From Clostridia bacterium (GTDB lineage Bacteria > Bacillota > Clostridia > Christensenellales > UBA3700), in NCBI GenBank assembly GCA_016287155.1, contig JAEEWC010000051.1:1-46115 (forward strand): 46,115 bases of DNA, in the 5' to 3' direction. Shown here piece by piece: positions 36,538-44,717 of this stretch; the first letter of the stretch is position 1; the number at the start of each line of letters is the position of its first letter. Both the position numbers and the translations under genes were made by a program. The notes under the pieces were generated by a model that saw only the letters and a program-made list of their open reading frames with translations, had not been told where the DNA came from and ran no database searches.

Positions 36538-37623
36538 TTAATCATCAAAATAAGTGTCATAATAGTCATCGTCATCATCATAATCGTAATTATCATCTTC
36601 ATCAGACTCGACATCATAATCCATTAAATACAAAAGCATTTCATATGCTGATGCCTTTTGAGCTTCTTTTTTCTTACTATCGTTATTAATAAATGATTCG
36701 TCTACGCCATCTATAGATATTTCACATGACCATACTTGATTCCCATTATCATCATATTCTTGATTGTATTCATAATTTGGCTTATTAATTAAACCTTTTT
36801 GAACCAATTCATTAATTTGACGTAGAGATTCTTCATAGCTAGGTTCTCCTACAGCTTCTTCAAACTCGTTAGTTATATATCCTTCATCTTGCAATTTGCA
36901 ATACATGTCTTCTGCTGCAACCATTCTCGCCTTTGCTTTACTTTTGCCTTCACCATAGCCCTCATAATTACAATCATCTAACTCAACTCTAACTATGCAA
37001 CTATATCCATCATATCTTTCATCGTATTTATACTCAGGTAATTCGTATCCACTTTTTTGGCACCATGTTTGAAGTAAGCCAACATAATTTTCATCTTCAT
37101 CGTCTTCGCCATTAAAATAAGCATCAAAATCAATCATTGTTTTTACAACGTCTGTAATGGTGTCCATATCATAATTGCAATCAACAGTTACCGCACCAAC
37201 AATTGCTTCAAATAAATCTTCTTTAACGGAATCTTGGTCTTGGATATTCTGACTTATATCACCTTTTCCCATAATCAATTCTGTATTAAATCCCAATCGA
37301 TCCATACATTGTGCTAAAGCTTTCTTTTGAACCAAATCTTTTTTGATATCAGTAAACTTACCTTCTGAATACTTTGTCTTAAAATAACTTGGATTTGTTA
37401 ATTTAAATTCTTGCCATTGTTTATCAACAGTAATGCGGCCAAATCTTTCCATCATTATTCTAATGACTGCTAGATCAAGCGCTTTATCGCCAATAAATTC
37501 TAGGACTTCGTTGTTTTGTCCACCTTTTTCTTCTGAATAACTTCTTCTTACAAATGCTTGTTGAAGTAAATCACCATTTGAAAATGTGTACCCAATTGTG
37601 TTTTCAATTTTGCTAACATTCAT
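36538..37623 (-). CDS. Ribonuclease III-family protein with two dsRBDs and an acidic tail
   Basis: NNEVLEFIGD signature and EDLFEAIVGA. dsRBD1 LLQTWCQK...P.Y...GEGKSKAKARMVAA; dsRBD2 ...KP.Y...SKKKEAQKASA. Start at ATG 37623 (GGAGG SD). Confidence 0.88.
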   Translation of the reverse strand: MNVSKIENTIGYTFSNGDLLQQAFVRRSYSEEKGGQNNEVLEFIGDKALDLAVIRIMMERFGRITVDKQWQEFKLTNPSYFKTKYSEGKFTDIKKDLVQKKALAQCMDRLGFNTELIMGKGDISQNIQDQDSVKEDLFEAIVGAVTVDCNYDMDTITDVVKTMIDFDAYFNGEDDEDENYVGLLQTWCQKSGYELPEYKYDERYDGYSCIVRVELDDCNYEGYGEGKSKAKARMVAAEDMYCKLQDEGYITNEFEEAVGEPSYEESLRQINELVQKGLINKPNYEYNQEYDDNGNQVWSCEISIDGVDESFINNDSKKKEAQKASAYEMLLYLMDYDVESDEDDNYDYDDDDDYYDTYFDD

Positions 37624-37661
37624 AGTTAGATCCTCCAAAAAATTATTTGCATTGGAGAAAT

Positions 37662-37719
37662 AAAAAAATTAGACACAATGAAGCCACTCTCCCTATGAGC
37701 TTACCGTTAATGTCTAATT
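37662..37719 (-). promoter_or_regulatory. Long leader hairpin with U-tract upstream of the RNase III gene
   Basis: AATTAGACAT...AAGC...GCTT...GTGTCTAATT followed by TTTTT. Confidence 0.55.
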
Positions 37720-37841
37720 AATCAAATATTAAATATAAATCAAGTTTATTTATTAATTGTCTCTTTCAAAACTTTTAACAAATACCATTGTTTTATAGTC
37801 AGCATTTAAATAATTGACATTTATTTCTCTATGCTGACTGA

Positions 37842-37850
37842 ATTATAACA
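37842..37850 (-). promoter_or_regulatory. Extended -10 promoter for the RNase III unit
   Basis: TGtTATAAT, followed by a 9-bp inverted repeat AGTCAGCAT/ATGCTGACT (37797-37839). Confidence 0.5.
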
Positions 37851-37971
37851 CATCAATTCTATTTTTGTCTATAAGAGCTTTATTATCTTATGTCTTTCCC
37901 TATTAACGCGAATTTGCCAAATAAAAAAGCAAATATAATCAGAAAAAATGATAGTTCTGCGTTATAAGCAC

Positions 37972-38424
37972 TTAATCGTTATCGTTTAATTCGTTATGTA
38001 TCCAAGACACCCAACTTGCTACTGTTTGCGCTCTTCTCTTAAACATTTCCTCACTATTAAATGAAACCGTCTTTTTCATGATATCTATTATTTCTTCCTT
38101 CGATAATTTGATACCTAAACGCTTCTCTGTTATATAAATTGTTCCAAACACTTCATTGCTAAGAATTAATCGAATCAACTCAATTCTTTGCTGTATTAAA
38201 TCATATTCTCTAATTTTTTTGCCCAGTTCTGTAAATTTTCTTCCTTCAATAAGCCCTAAATATGCTGCAGCTGATAAGTAATAATTAACTTGCCTATCTG
38301 TAATCTCACCAAGTTGAATGCTTATTTTTATGTTTGATTGTAAATCTTCTTCATCATCAATTTTTAGTAGCGAGATAACTTTTTCAAAATCATCCGCTTG
38401 AGGAAATGGGATCGTATTATCCAT
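37972..38424 (-). CDS. Winged-helix-like protein of a type associated with restriction systems (DUF7226-like, from memory)
   Basis: PFPQADDF, RQVNYYLSAAAYLGLI, FTELG, RRAQTVASW; overlaps the methylase stop by 8 nt. Confidence 0.6.
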   Translation of the reverse strand: MDNTIPFPQADDFEKVISLLKIDDEEDLQSNIKISIQLGEITDRQVNYYLSAAAYLGLIEGRKFTELGKKIREYDLIQQRIELIRLILSNEVFGTIYITEKRLGIKLSKEEIIDIMKKTVSFNSEEMFKRRAQTVASWVSWIHNELNDND

Positions 38425-39244
38425 GAATTATTACCTCCATTGCTTTTTTTCTTTCTTTGCCATCACAACTGATAAATCTATTTGCCTCGATATGCTCTAT
38501 AATATAGCGATTGTCTCTAAATAAGTTATTTACAAATTTAGTATCGTTATTACTAATAATTACTTTTACACCTCTATCTATCAACGCATCAGCAACTTCC
38601 TTAAGTCTTTCTAAATCTTTTCTACTAAAGCCATTGCCTGTATATGTAGTAAAGCCAGAACTATCATAATCATAAGGAGGATCAAAATAAACCAAATCGC
38701 CAGCAACAGCACCATTTACTGAATCCGCAAAGTCGCCACAAGTAATTTGTATATTGTTATCTCTAAAATAGTTGCTTAATGCTAATATTCTATCAACCAT
38801 TGCTATTTCGGGATTTGAATAACGTCCCATTGGAACATTAAAATACCCATTCTTGTTCTCGCGATACAACCCGTTATAACAGGTCCTATTTAAATATATA
38901 AATCGTGCAGCACGGATAATTTTTGATTTTCTTGTGTAATTAGGGTCTCTATCTAACGCTCTAATCTCATAATAAAACTCTTTTGAATGATTCTTTGCAT
39001 AAGACTTTAATCTATTAATAAGAGCTTGTGGTTCATCTCTAATGACTTCGTACGTATTGATTAACTCTGAATTGTAGTCGTTAATCACACAACGTGGCAA
39101 CTCCATTGAAAAGCACAAAGAGCCTCCTCCAATGAAAGGCTCATAATAAGTGCCATTTGCACGCAATTCATCAATTTCAATATAATCCTTGATTCTTTTT
39201 AATAGCTGACGCTTTCCGCCAGCCCATTTTAAAATAGGCTCCAC
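38417..39244 (-). CDS. Dam/DpnM-family (D12 class) N6-adenine DNA methyltransferase
   Basis: LKWAGGKRQL, YYEPFIGGGS, IYLNRTCYNGLYR.N..G.FNVPMG, VYFDPPY. GTG start overlaps the upstream TAG. Confidence 0.93.
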   Translation of the reverse strand: MEPILKWAGGKRQLLKRIKDYIEIDELRANGTYYEPFIGGGSLCFSMELPRCVINDYNSELINTYEVIRDEPQALINRLKSYAKNHSKEFYYEIRALDRDPNYTRKSKIIRAARFIYLNRTCYNGLYRENKNGYFNVPMGRYSNPEIAMVDRILALSNYFRDNNIQITCGDFADSVNGAVAGDLVYFDPPYDYDSSGFTTYTGNGFSRKDLERLKEVADALIDRGVKVIISNNDTKFVNNLFRDNRYIIEHIEANRFISCDGKERKKAMEVIIHG

Positions 39245-41475
39245 TATTCATCTCCTATAAACTTCTCATAAAGATCATCTATAGTTTTTCTATCTTGCTT
39301 GGTGATAGCCCTTTCTTTTTCTGCATCAGTTTTTACCATAGATAATGTCATTAAAGCTTTAACCGCCTCCACTTGGTTTGAGAATGCAGTTGCAAACTTG
39401 TCCTTAAAGAATTCTGTCCAATTAGATTTATACTTTACGATTTCATATATATCTTTGAATTCCAAGAAATCAAATTGTGATTTTGTGGAGTCCTCAAAAG
39501 ATTGCAATACTATTCTTTCTTTGATATTTACTGGAATATTATTCTTTAACCAATCATTAACGTTTGCAAAAGCATCTTTGATCCATCCCAAGAACAAATC
39601 ACCCATTTTGCTTATTTTATAAATGACATCGGAATTATAACTTCTTTCAGATTCTTCAACAATTTCCTCAATCCTTTCAGAAGTAAACTCTGGGCACGCA
39701 CGATGCAATGCAACAATAAGAGTTGTTCTAACAATCTTTTTGCCCGGTTCACCTATAGAACGCATCGCTTTAATCTCTTCTTCGCTCATATTTAAAAGAG
39801 CGTCGCATAAAGCCAAATAGAATGGCTCACATTTCTTAACAAACTCATCGGCATCATTGATAACAGTTATATTATCTCTCTTGCAAATCAAATCAACTAT
39901 TTCGCCGAATATTGTAATCAGTCCATATATTCCAATGTTAGTGGTGATATAGCCCTTTCCGTTTTTGTTCCATTCGTCTGCACAATAATCTTTTACATAA
40001 TCAAAAGACTTTACTAAGAACCTGAATACTATTTCATGCGTTTTATCATTATCATTCTTGTCGAAATATCCTGGCACAGTGATATCGTTTGAATTCTTTT
40101 TATATTCATTAAAGAAACTCGTTTTCAAAAGTGCTGCCTTAATAAATTCATTAGTTACAGTTCTAATTTCGTTACCAGAGTTCTCGCCCAAGATAACTCT
40201 TCCATATAACGGAGAACGAGAATCTTCTCCCAATTTTTCAGCAAGAGAAAGTACTACTGCCGTCTTTCTGTCACTTGCCTTTTCTGCATTCCATAATAAA
40301 TCCATATTTAATGTATTTCTTAATGTCTTAGATACTTTCTTTTGCTTTTCATTGATATCCATAAACATTTTAACTTGCAAATTCTTATCTAAATTCACAA
40401 ACGCTACTACCGGAATACTGTCTTTGCCTTCATAATTGCTACCTGAATATCCATATAGTCTATGTTGACCATCAATAACATATGCCGTTTGATACTTTCT
40501 TGGCAAATGCAATACACCTATTTTTGATCTCGTATTCTCAAATTTGTTTTTATCGAAGCTGAAAGATAATTCTGATTCTTTAACATCCAATGAGATAATG
40601 ATGGAATTTGGGAAATAACCACCATCGTTTATAAATTTCCTTATATCATTTAATCTATCTTTTTTTATAAGTCTTTGATATGCTGGCATTAGATCGTGAT
40701 TAGCATTATTTCTATGCAAAATATACGCTATCTTAAGTAGTTTTTCTGGTTCTATTGTGAATGCATAATATGTTAAGCCACCCATTTGACTTTTAATAGC
40801 AGGGACATCTACGTCTAAACCCTTTATGTCTTGCTTTGCGAACAAATTGCCAAGTAATTGATACTTTGCAGCTGCCCCCAAATGCTCTACTAGTTGATGG
40901 TAATAATCAACTGTATCATAATCAAAATAAACAAATCCTTTTAAGTCTTTAATCTTTTCTTGATCTTTATCTCCCAAAACATAATTTTTTGTTGCAAAAA
41001 TTGTTTTAAATTTTAAACCTGGATATTTTTTTGATAATTCTATTTTGGCCTTTGGGAAATTGCTATCCATAGATTCAAGTTCTGTCTTAAAAGATGTTTT
41101 TGTACCCAATGTGCTTGCTGCTTTACACTCAACAAGTAAACATGTCTCATCATCTATGGCGACAATATCTATTTGCTTTGTTAGATCTGGATTATCACTT
41201 GAAATACTAACCTTAAATTGATTGTTTTTGTTTAGCACTTTAAAGCCCATCTTTTTTAATATGCACCAAACTTCATTCTCGAATTGTTCCCCAACAGGCT
41301 TTTCTTTTCGCAATACTGTTGTATTTTTATTCTCTTTTTTGATTTCCCAGCCTTGCGCTAGCCTAGCTTCAACTAAACTTTTATCAACTGTTTCTTCGAT
41401 ATATTTATTTGATCTAAGTTTATATGCTTCTTCTAATTCTTGTCCTTCAACCAATAAATCCCATGATGTAGCCAT
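39244..41475 (-). CDS. DGQHR (DndB/ParB-like) domain protein with N-terminal PD-(D/E)xK nuclease
   Basis: GEQFENEV...QIDIVA...LLVECK; YQRL...RL..I..FI..GGYFPNSIII; VIDGQHRLYGY; MFMDINEKQKKV. Confidence 0.88.
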   Translation of the reverse strand: MATSWDLLVEGQELEEAYKLRSNKYIEETVDKSLVEARLAQGWEIKKENKNTTVLRKEKPVGEQFENEVWCILKKMGFKVLNKNNQFKVSISSDNPDLTKQIDIVAIDDETCLLVECKAASTLGTKTSFKTELESMDSNFPKAKIELSKKYPGLKFKTIFATKNYVLGDKDQEKIKDLKGFVYFDYDTVDYYHQLVEHLGAAAKYQLLGNLFAKQDIKGLDVDVPAIKSQMGGLTYYAFTIEPEKLLKIAYILHRNNANHDLMPAYQRLIKKDRLNDIRKFINDGGYFPNSIIISLDVKESELSFSFDKNKFENTRSKIGVLHLPRKYQTAYVIDGQHRLYGYSGSNYEGKDSIPVVAFVNLDKNLQVKMFMDINEKQKKVSKTLRNTLNMDLLWNAEKASDRKTAVVLSLAEKLGEDSRSPLYGRVILGENSGNEIRTVTNEFIKAALLKTSFFNEYKKNSNDITVPGYFDKNDNDKTHEIVFRFLVKSFDYVKDYCADEWNKNGKGYITTNIGIYGLITIFGEIVDLICKRDNITVINDADEFVKKCEPFYLALCDALLNMSEEEIKAMRSIGEPGKKIVRTTLIVALHRACPEFTSERIEEIVEESERSYNSDVIYKISKMGDLFLGWIKDAFANVNDWLKNNIPVNIKERIVLQSFEDSTKSQFDFLEFKDIYEIVKYKSNWTEFFKDKFATAFSNQVEAVKALMTLSMVKTDAEKERAITKQDRKTIDDLYEKFIGDE

Positions 41476-41506
41476 AGTTATCTCCCTAATAATAAATTAC
41501 GCATAA

Positions 41507-41515
41507 ATTATATCA
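41507..41515 (-). promoter_or_regulatory. Extended -10 promoter of the DGQHR-methylase operon
   Basis: TGaTATAAT about 30 nt upstream of the ATG, which has a GGGAG SD. Confidence 0.55.
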
Positions 41516-41590
41516 TGCACGCATATTATATAACAATACCAAAAACGTCAACATCCACAACAAGTGCTAGACTTTATAACCTAATGAATT

Positions 41591-41807
41591 AAAAGTGGTA
41601 ATGAGACGTGTGCTTATCTTGATACAAGTATATGCAATTGGTTAAGAAATTAAATCTGGACATCGCAGTTGTTGATGGGTGCGGCTGCATGGCCGCTATC
41701 CCGCTTGGCCAAATTGCAGTCCACATATCCCCCATATTCAATCTTGCTTGTATGTTATCAGAAATCCTTAATTCTTCTTTCCCGAAAAGTCTTCACATAG
41801 TACTTTT
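41591..41807 (+). ncRNA. Candidate rod-shaped structured RNA (6S-like geometry, unclassified)
   Basis: Nested complementary segments around a GCAT loop at 41687-41690, many needing G-U pairs that only form on the + strand; locally GC-rich. Confidence 0.5.
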
Positions 41808-41828
41808 GTATTCTTAGGCTTTAGCAAC

Positions 41829-41859
41829 AAAAAACTGGTACATTATTATCCATTACCAG
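41829..41859 (-). terminator. Intrinsic terminator after the 60-aa gene
   Basis: CTGGTA-N13-TACCAG followed by TTTTTT. Confidence 0.6.
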
Positions 41860-41880
41860 CTTTATTAATAAATTTTACTA

Positions 41881-42063
41881 TTATTTGTTCTTATTGTTAT
41901 TTTGGTTATCTTGATATCCTTGATAACTAGAATTATTAGGATTGCATTGATTAGCATGATTATCTAGATCATCCCAATAAGCTTGATTGTTTGGATTGTG
42001 TTGATTTGCATATGCATCTAATTGTTGTTGTGTATGTGTATAACTTGACACTCCCTTTCCCAT
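41881..42063 (-). CDS. Small Asn/Gln-rich protein with a duplicated LD..ANQ.NPNN..Y motif
   Basis: Perfect AGGAGGTG SD; internal repeat LDAYANQHNPNNQAY / LDNHANQCNPNNSSY; downstream terminator. Confidence 0.8.
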   Translation of the reverse strand: MGKGVSSYTHTQQQLDAYANQHNPNNQAYWDDLDNHANQCNPNNSSYQGYQDNQNNNKNK

Positions 42064-42127
42064 GTTCTCACCTCCTACACATATGTTACCAATGTTAGAC
42101 GAATCGCAAAATGTACCAGTAGTTCAA

Positions 42128-43126
42128 TTAATCCATCTCATCATAAACTGATAAGCCAAGCGGGTTTTCTTCGATATCAATTAAATCTTTCATTGGCCTA
42201 ACAAAATAATCATCATAATTCCACTGAGCTTCAAAGTAGTCCTCTTCAAAGACTTTTAAACAGTATTCTTTAAAAAATGCAATACAACCATTAATTGTTT
42301 CCTCTATTAGTCCTTCAGAAAACTTAACATAATATATTCCCAAATCTCCACCAACATATTTCCTATTAATCAATACGTCTGGCCTATATGCTTTTAGATC
42401 ATCATATGTGCTTTCTGTATTATGCTTTATAAAATGCCAAATTAGATAAGCGGTATTATAATACTTATAATTATCAAATAATAATACATTTTGATTCTTT
42501 GGAGCACCAGCACCATATAGCAAATTTCTATTATACTTTTTTACATCAATATTGTGTCTCTTTAGAATCTTAATCGAAGCGGCCTCCATTCTCGAAACAA
42601 ATTGATGAAAAAACTGGCCATATATGCTACGCTCAATTTTCCCAACCGTATATGCATATTTTTGTTTGTTTTTATAATTCATATCTCTTGCCCAAGCGTT
42701 TGCTCCATTTGCGCCTCTTATGCCGCAATTTAACATATAGTCGTCACCGGGTGATAATTCTTTTGGCTTTACAATTGTTCGTACTGCATCTTTCATTTTC
42801 TTTAGTGTTTCTTGCCATTCGTTGGAACAATCTTTCAATTCATCAACAACATAATTCACTGTGTAATCTCTATAATGCTCTTTTTGTGGGTAAAAATAAT
42901 GCGTTTTCCTTAAATTAATAACACTTAAAATATTTTCATCCAAAGATTGTACATTTTTTTGATATCTTATTGGATCTATCCTATATCGTTCTTTCCCATC
43001 TTTGCTATATTTAAACACTCCATAATAGCGTGTGTCCTTTAATCCGCAACCTCTCCAACCAAATCGCGCATCTAAATTCCTATATAAATTCTTATTAACG
43101 TTTTTTGTTTTTCTTTCTTTCTTCAT
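42128..43126 (-). CDS. Hypothetical protein, possible HEPN-like C-terminal domain
   Basis: 332-aa ORF with GGAG SD. Helical C-terminal half containing FVSRME and LIWHFIKHN, resembling a variant Rx4H HEPN motif. Confidence 0.7.
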   Translation of the reverse strand: MKKERKTKNVNKNLYRNLDARFGWRGCGLKDTRYYGVFKYSKDGKERYRIDPIRYQKNVQSLDENILSVINLRKTHYFYPQKEHYRDYTVNYVVDELKDCSNEWQETLKKMKDAVRTIVKPKELSPGDDYMLNCGIRGANGANAWARDMNYKNKQKYAYTVGKIERSIYGQFFHQFVSRMEAASIKILKRHNIDVKKYNRNLLYGAGAPKNQNVLLFDNYKYYNTAYLIWHFIKHNTESTYDDLKAYRPDVLINRKYVGGDLGIYYVKFSEGLIEETINGCIAFFKEYCLKVFEEDYFEAQWNYDDYFVRPMKDLIDIEENPLGLSVYDEMD

Positions 43127-43141
43127 ATATTACTCCATAAA

Positions 43142-43399
43142 TAAGGCACCTTATCACTAAAGTGCCTTACCGCTTGATTGATTACCAAGCTTTCACATAA
43201 GACACAAATACCACGCCAACATCCACCTATATATTGACGATATATTTCATCTATGAAAGTCTCGACGTTAATACTACTATGTGGGAATGCATTTGCATTG
43301 CGACATAATAGCTCAACCAGTGAAAGAATCGTATATCATATATAGATTTTCGTTCATAGGCATATGCGTTTCAGAACCTAAACGCAAATCTTATGTACC
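43142..43399 (-). ncRNA. Candidate multi-stem structured leader or cis-encoded RNA
   Basis: Five complementary pairs between a consensus-like promoter and the 332-aa gene; wobble pairs form only on the minus strand. Confidence 0.55.
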
Positions 43400-43403
43400 C
43401 CTA

Positions 43404-43432
43404 ATTATAAACTATTAAGGAGGTATCATCAA
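43404..43432 (-). promoter_or_regulatory. Sigma-A promoter
   Basis: TTGATG (43432-43427)-N17-TATAAT (43409-43404). Confidence 0.7.
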
Positions 43433-43493
43433 TATAGTAATATGTTTATTGAGTTTTAACTATGTACTAATAGTACAAAAAAAATGATGGCAC

Positions 43494-43718
43494 CTAGCTT
43501 GCTAGGATGTCATCTGTGTGAACATTAAGTAATAACGCCAAGTTATACAAGTTCTCATGATTAGGAAGTTTAGTTCCTCTTGTCCATTCATATATTACTC
43601 GAGGAGATTCTAATTCGAGAAAACCAGCAATGTCCTCATAAGTATAATGAGATGAAGCAATCAGACTATATAACTTGAGCCCTATTCTTTCTTTGTTCAA
43701 TTTCACTTTGTTAATCAT
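43494..43718 (-). CDS. XRE-family HTH regulator
   Basis: TYEDIAGFLEL.SPRVIYEWTRG.KLP..ENLYNLALLLNV..DDIL; GGAGG SD. Confidence 0.85.
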   Translation of the reverse strand: MINKVKLNKERIGLKLYSLIASSHYTYEDIAGFLELESPRVIYEWTRGTKLPNHENLYNLALLLNVHTDDILAS

Positions 43719-43933
43719 ATTTTCGTACCTCCGTAATTGATAATCATCAATACGTGCGAAATATTAATTAACATTATAATTATATCACATATTAAAATAG
43801 TATGAGTATGTTATACATATAAATATGCATATTTATCAAATTTTATATTAGGTGGGAAAGCATGTTGTGTATACTGCAAAACTATTTTAATTGGAGCTAC
43901 TTCTATAAATAAAATAGGCAAAATATATAAATA

Positions 43934-44176
43934 CTACAAATGTAAAGAACGCGAAAAGAAAAGAAAATGCTCTTTTAAATCAATCCCTAAAAAATGCATC
44001 AAAGATATTGTTATGTCTGAATTACATAAATTTTCTCAGAAGTAACAATCAGAAATTACAATTTGTCGTGCAATTATGTAATCTTTTGTTCTATAGATTT
44101 TGTCAATGTTCCCTAGGATAAAATCGCATGGACTTACTGCCTTTTGGATCGCTTGTTCATCAAAATGCATACCCAT
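43934..44176 (-). pseudogene. Short ORF (46 aa) with an in-frame 33-codon continuation past a TGA
   Basis: AGGAGG SD, ATG at 44176, TGA at 44038-44036; the frame stays open to TAG at 43936-43934. Confidence 0.3.
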
Positions 44177-44201
44177 TGATTTATCCTCCTAAATTTATTT
44201 G

Positions 44202-44505
44202 CTATAGCCACCTACGCAAATATCCATTTAACCGACCATATAGTCTTTTCATCTGATAATCTGTTACGTTCCAATATTTCATATTAACTTCGCTCTTAGG
44301 CCTACCTTGTATATAGTGTGATAGTAGATATTCAAAAGATCCATTGATGCATGCTCCATTACTTTGTCGTAATGGTATGCAAGTTTTAACTGCTCTTCGA
44401 AATCTTCTATTTGCTCATCATCTAGTACGCGGCGAGTCTCATAGCACTTCTTTATCTTTGCTAGGTCAATTTGTATTGCCGTATAGCTCTTTGCCTTTGT
44501 TAATG
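44202..44505 (-). pseudogene. Frameshifted small helical regulator-like gene
   Basis: AAGGAG SD near 44510 has no in-frame start codon after it. The ORF ends LRAKLI-TGA, and an overlapping frame (ATG 44282) continues MKYWNVTDYQMKRLYGRLNGYLRRWL. Confidence 0.45.
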
Positions 44506-44669
44506 TTCTCCTTTGCTTTTGGCTATCTTGCCTTTCAGCACTTACAATATATGGCTTTTGATACGGATATTTCGTGGTAGTAACTAGGAAGAAAATAGGA
44601 AATAAAAGATAGAAAATAGATAACAAATAGGAAGAATATGTAAATTAATTAGGAAGTAGTTTTGGTCAT

Positions 44670-44697
44670 AAAAAAAGTCAGGCTTTTAAACCTGACT
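44670..44697 (-). terminator. Intrinsic terminator after the 283-aa gene
   Basis: AGTCAGG-tttaaaag-CCTGACT followed by a T-run. Confidence 0.8.
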
Positions 44698-44717
44698 CAC
44701 GTGAGTTTCAAATCAAA

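Noticed and set aside
23895-37638. Longest-ORF starts at 23933, 33954, 35924 and 37638
   Set aside because: Each has a downstream ATG/GTG with a properly spaced SD (23894, 33933, 35888, 37623), which I used instead.
39244-41475. Phosphorothioate (Dnd) or 7-deazaguanine (Dpd) system
   Set aside because: Only the DGQHR domain is present; there are no cysteine desulfurase, DndC/D/E or DpdA genes in the window.
41632-41817. 61-aa plus-strand ORF
   Set aside because: No SD or recognisable motif; the sequence is better explained by RNA base-pairing.
43142-43399. Retron msr-msd
   Set aside because: The terminal inverted repeat is suggestive, but the downstream protein has no YADD/RT motifs and no RT gene is in the window.
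43934-44281. TGA-as-Trp (genetic code 4) suggested by two TGA interruptions
   Set aside because: All long genes are open under code 11 and contain Trp, so they use TGG; local decay is the simpler explanation.
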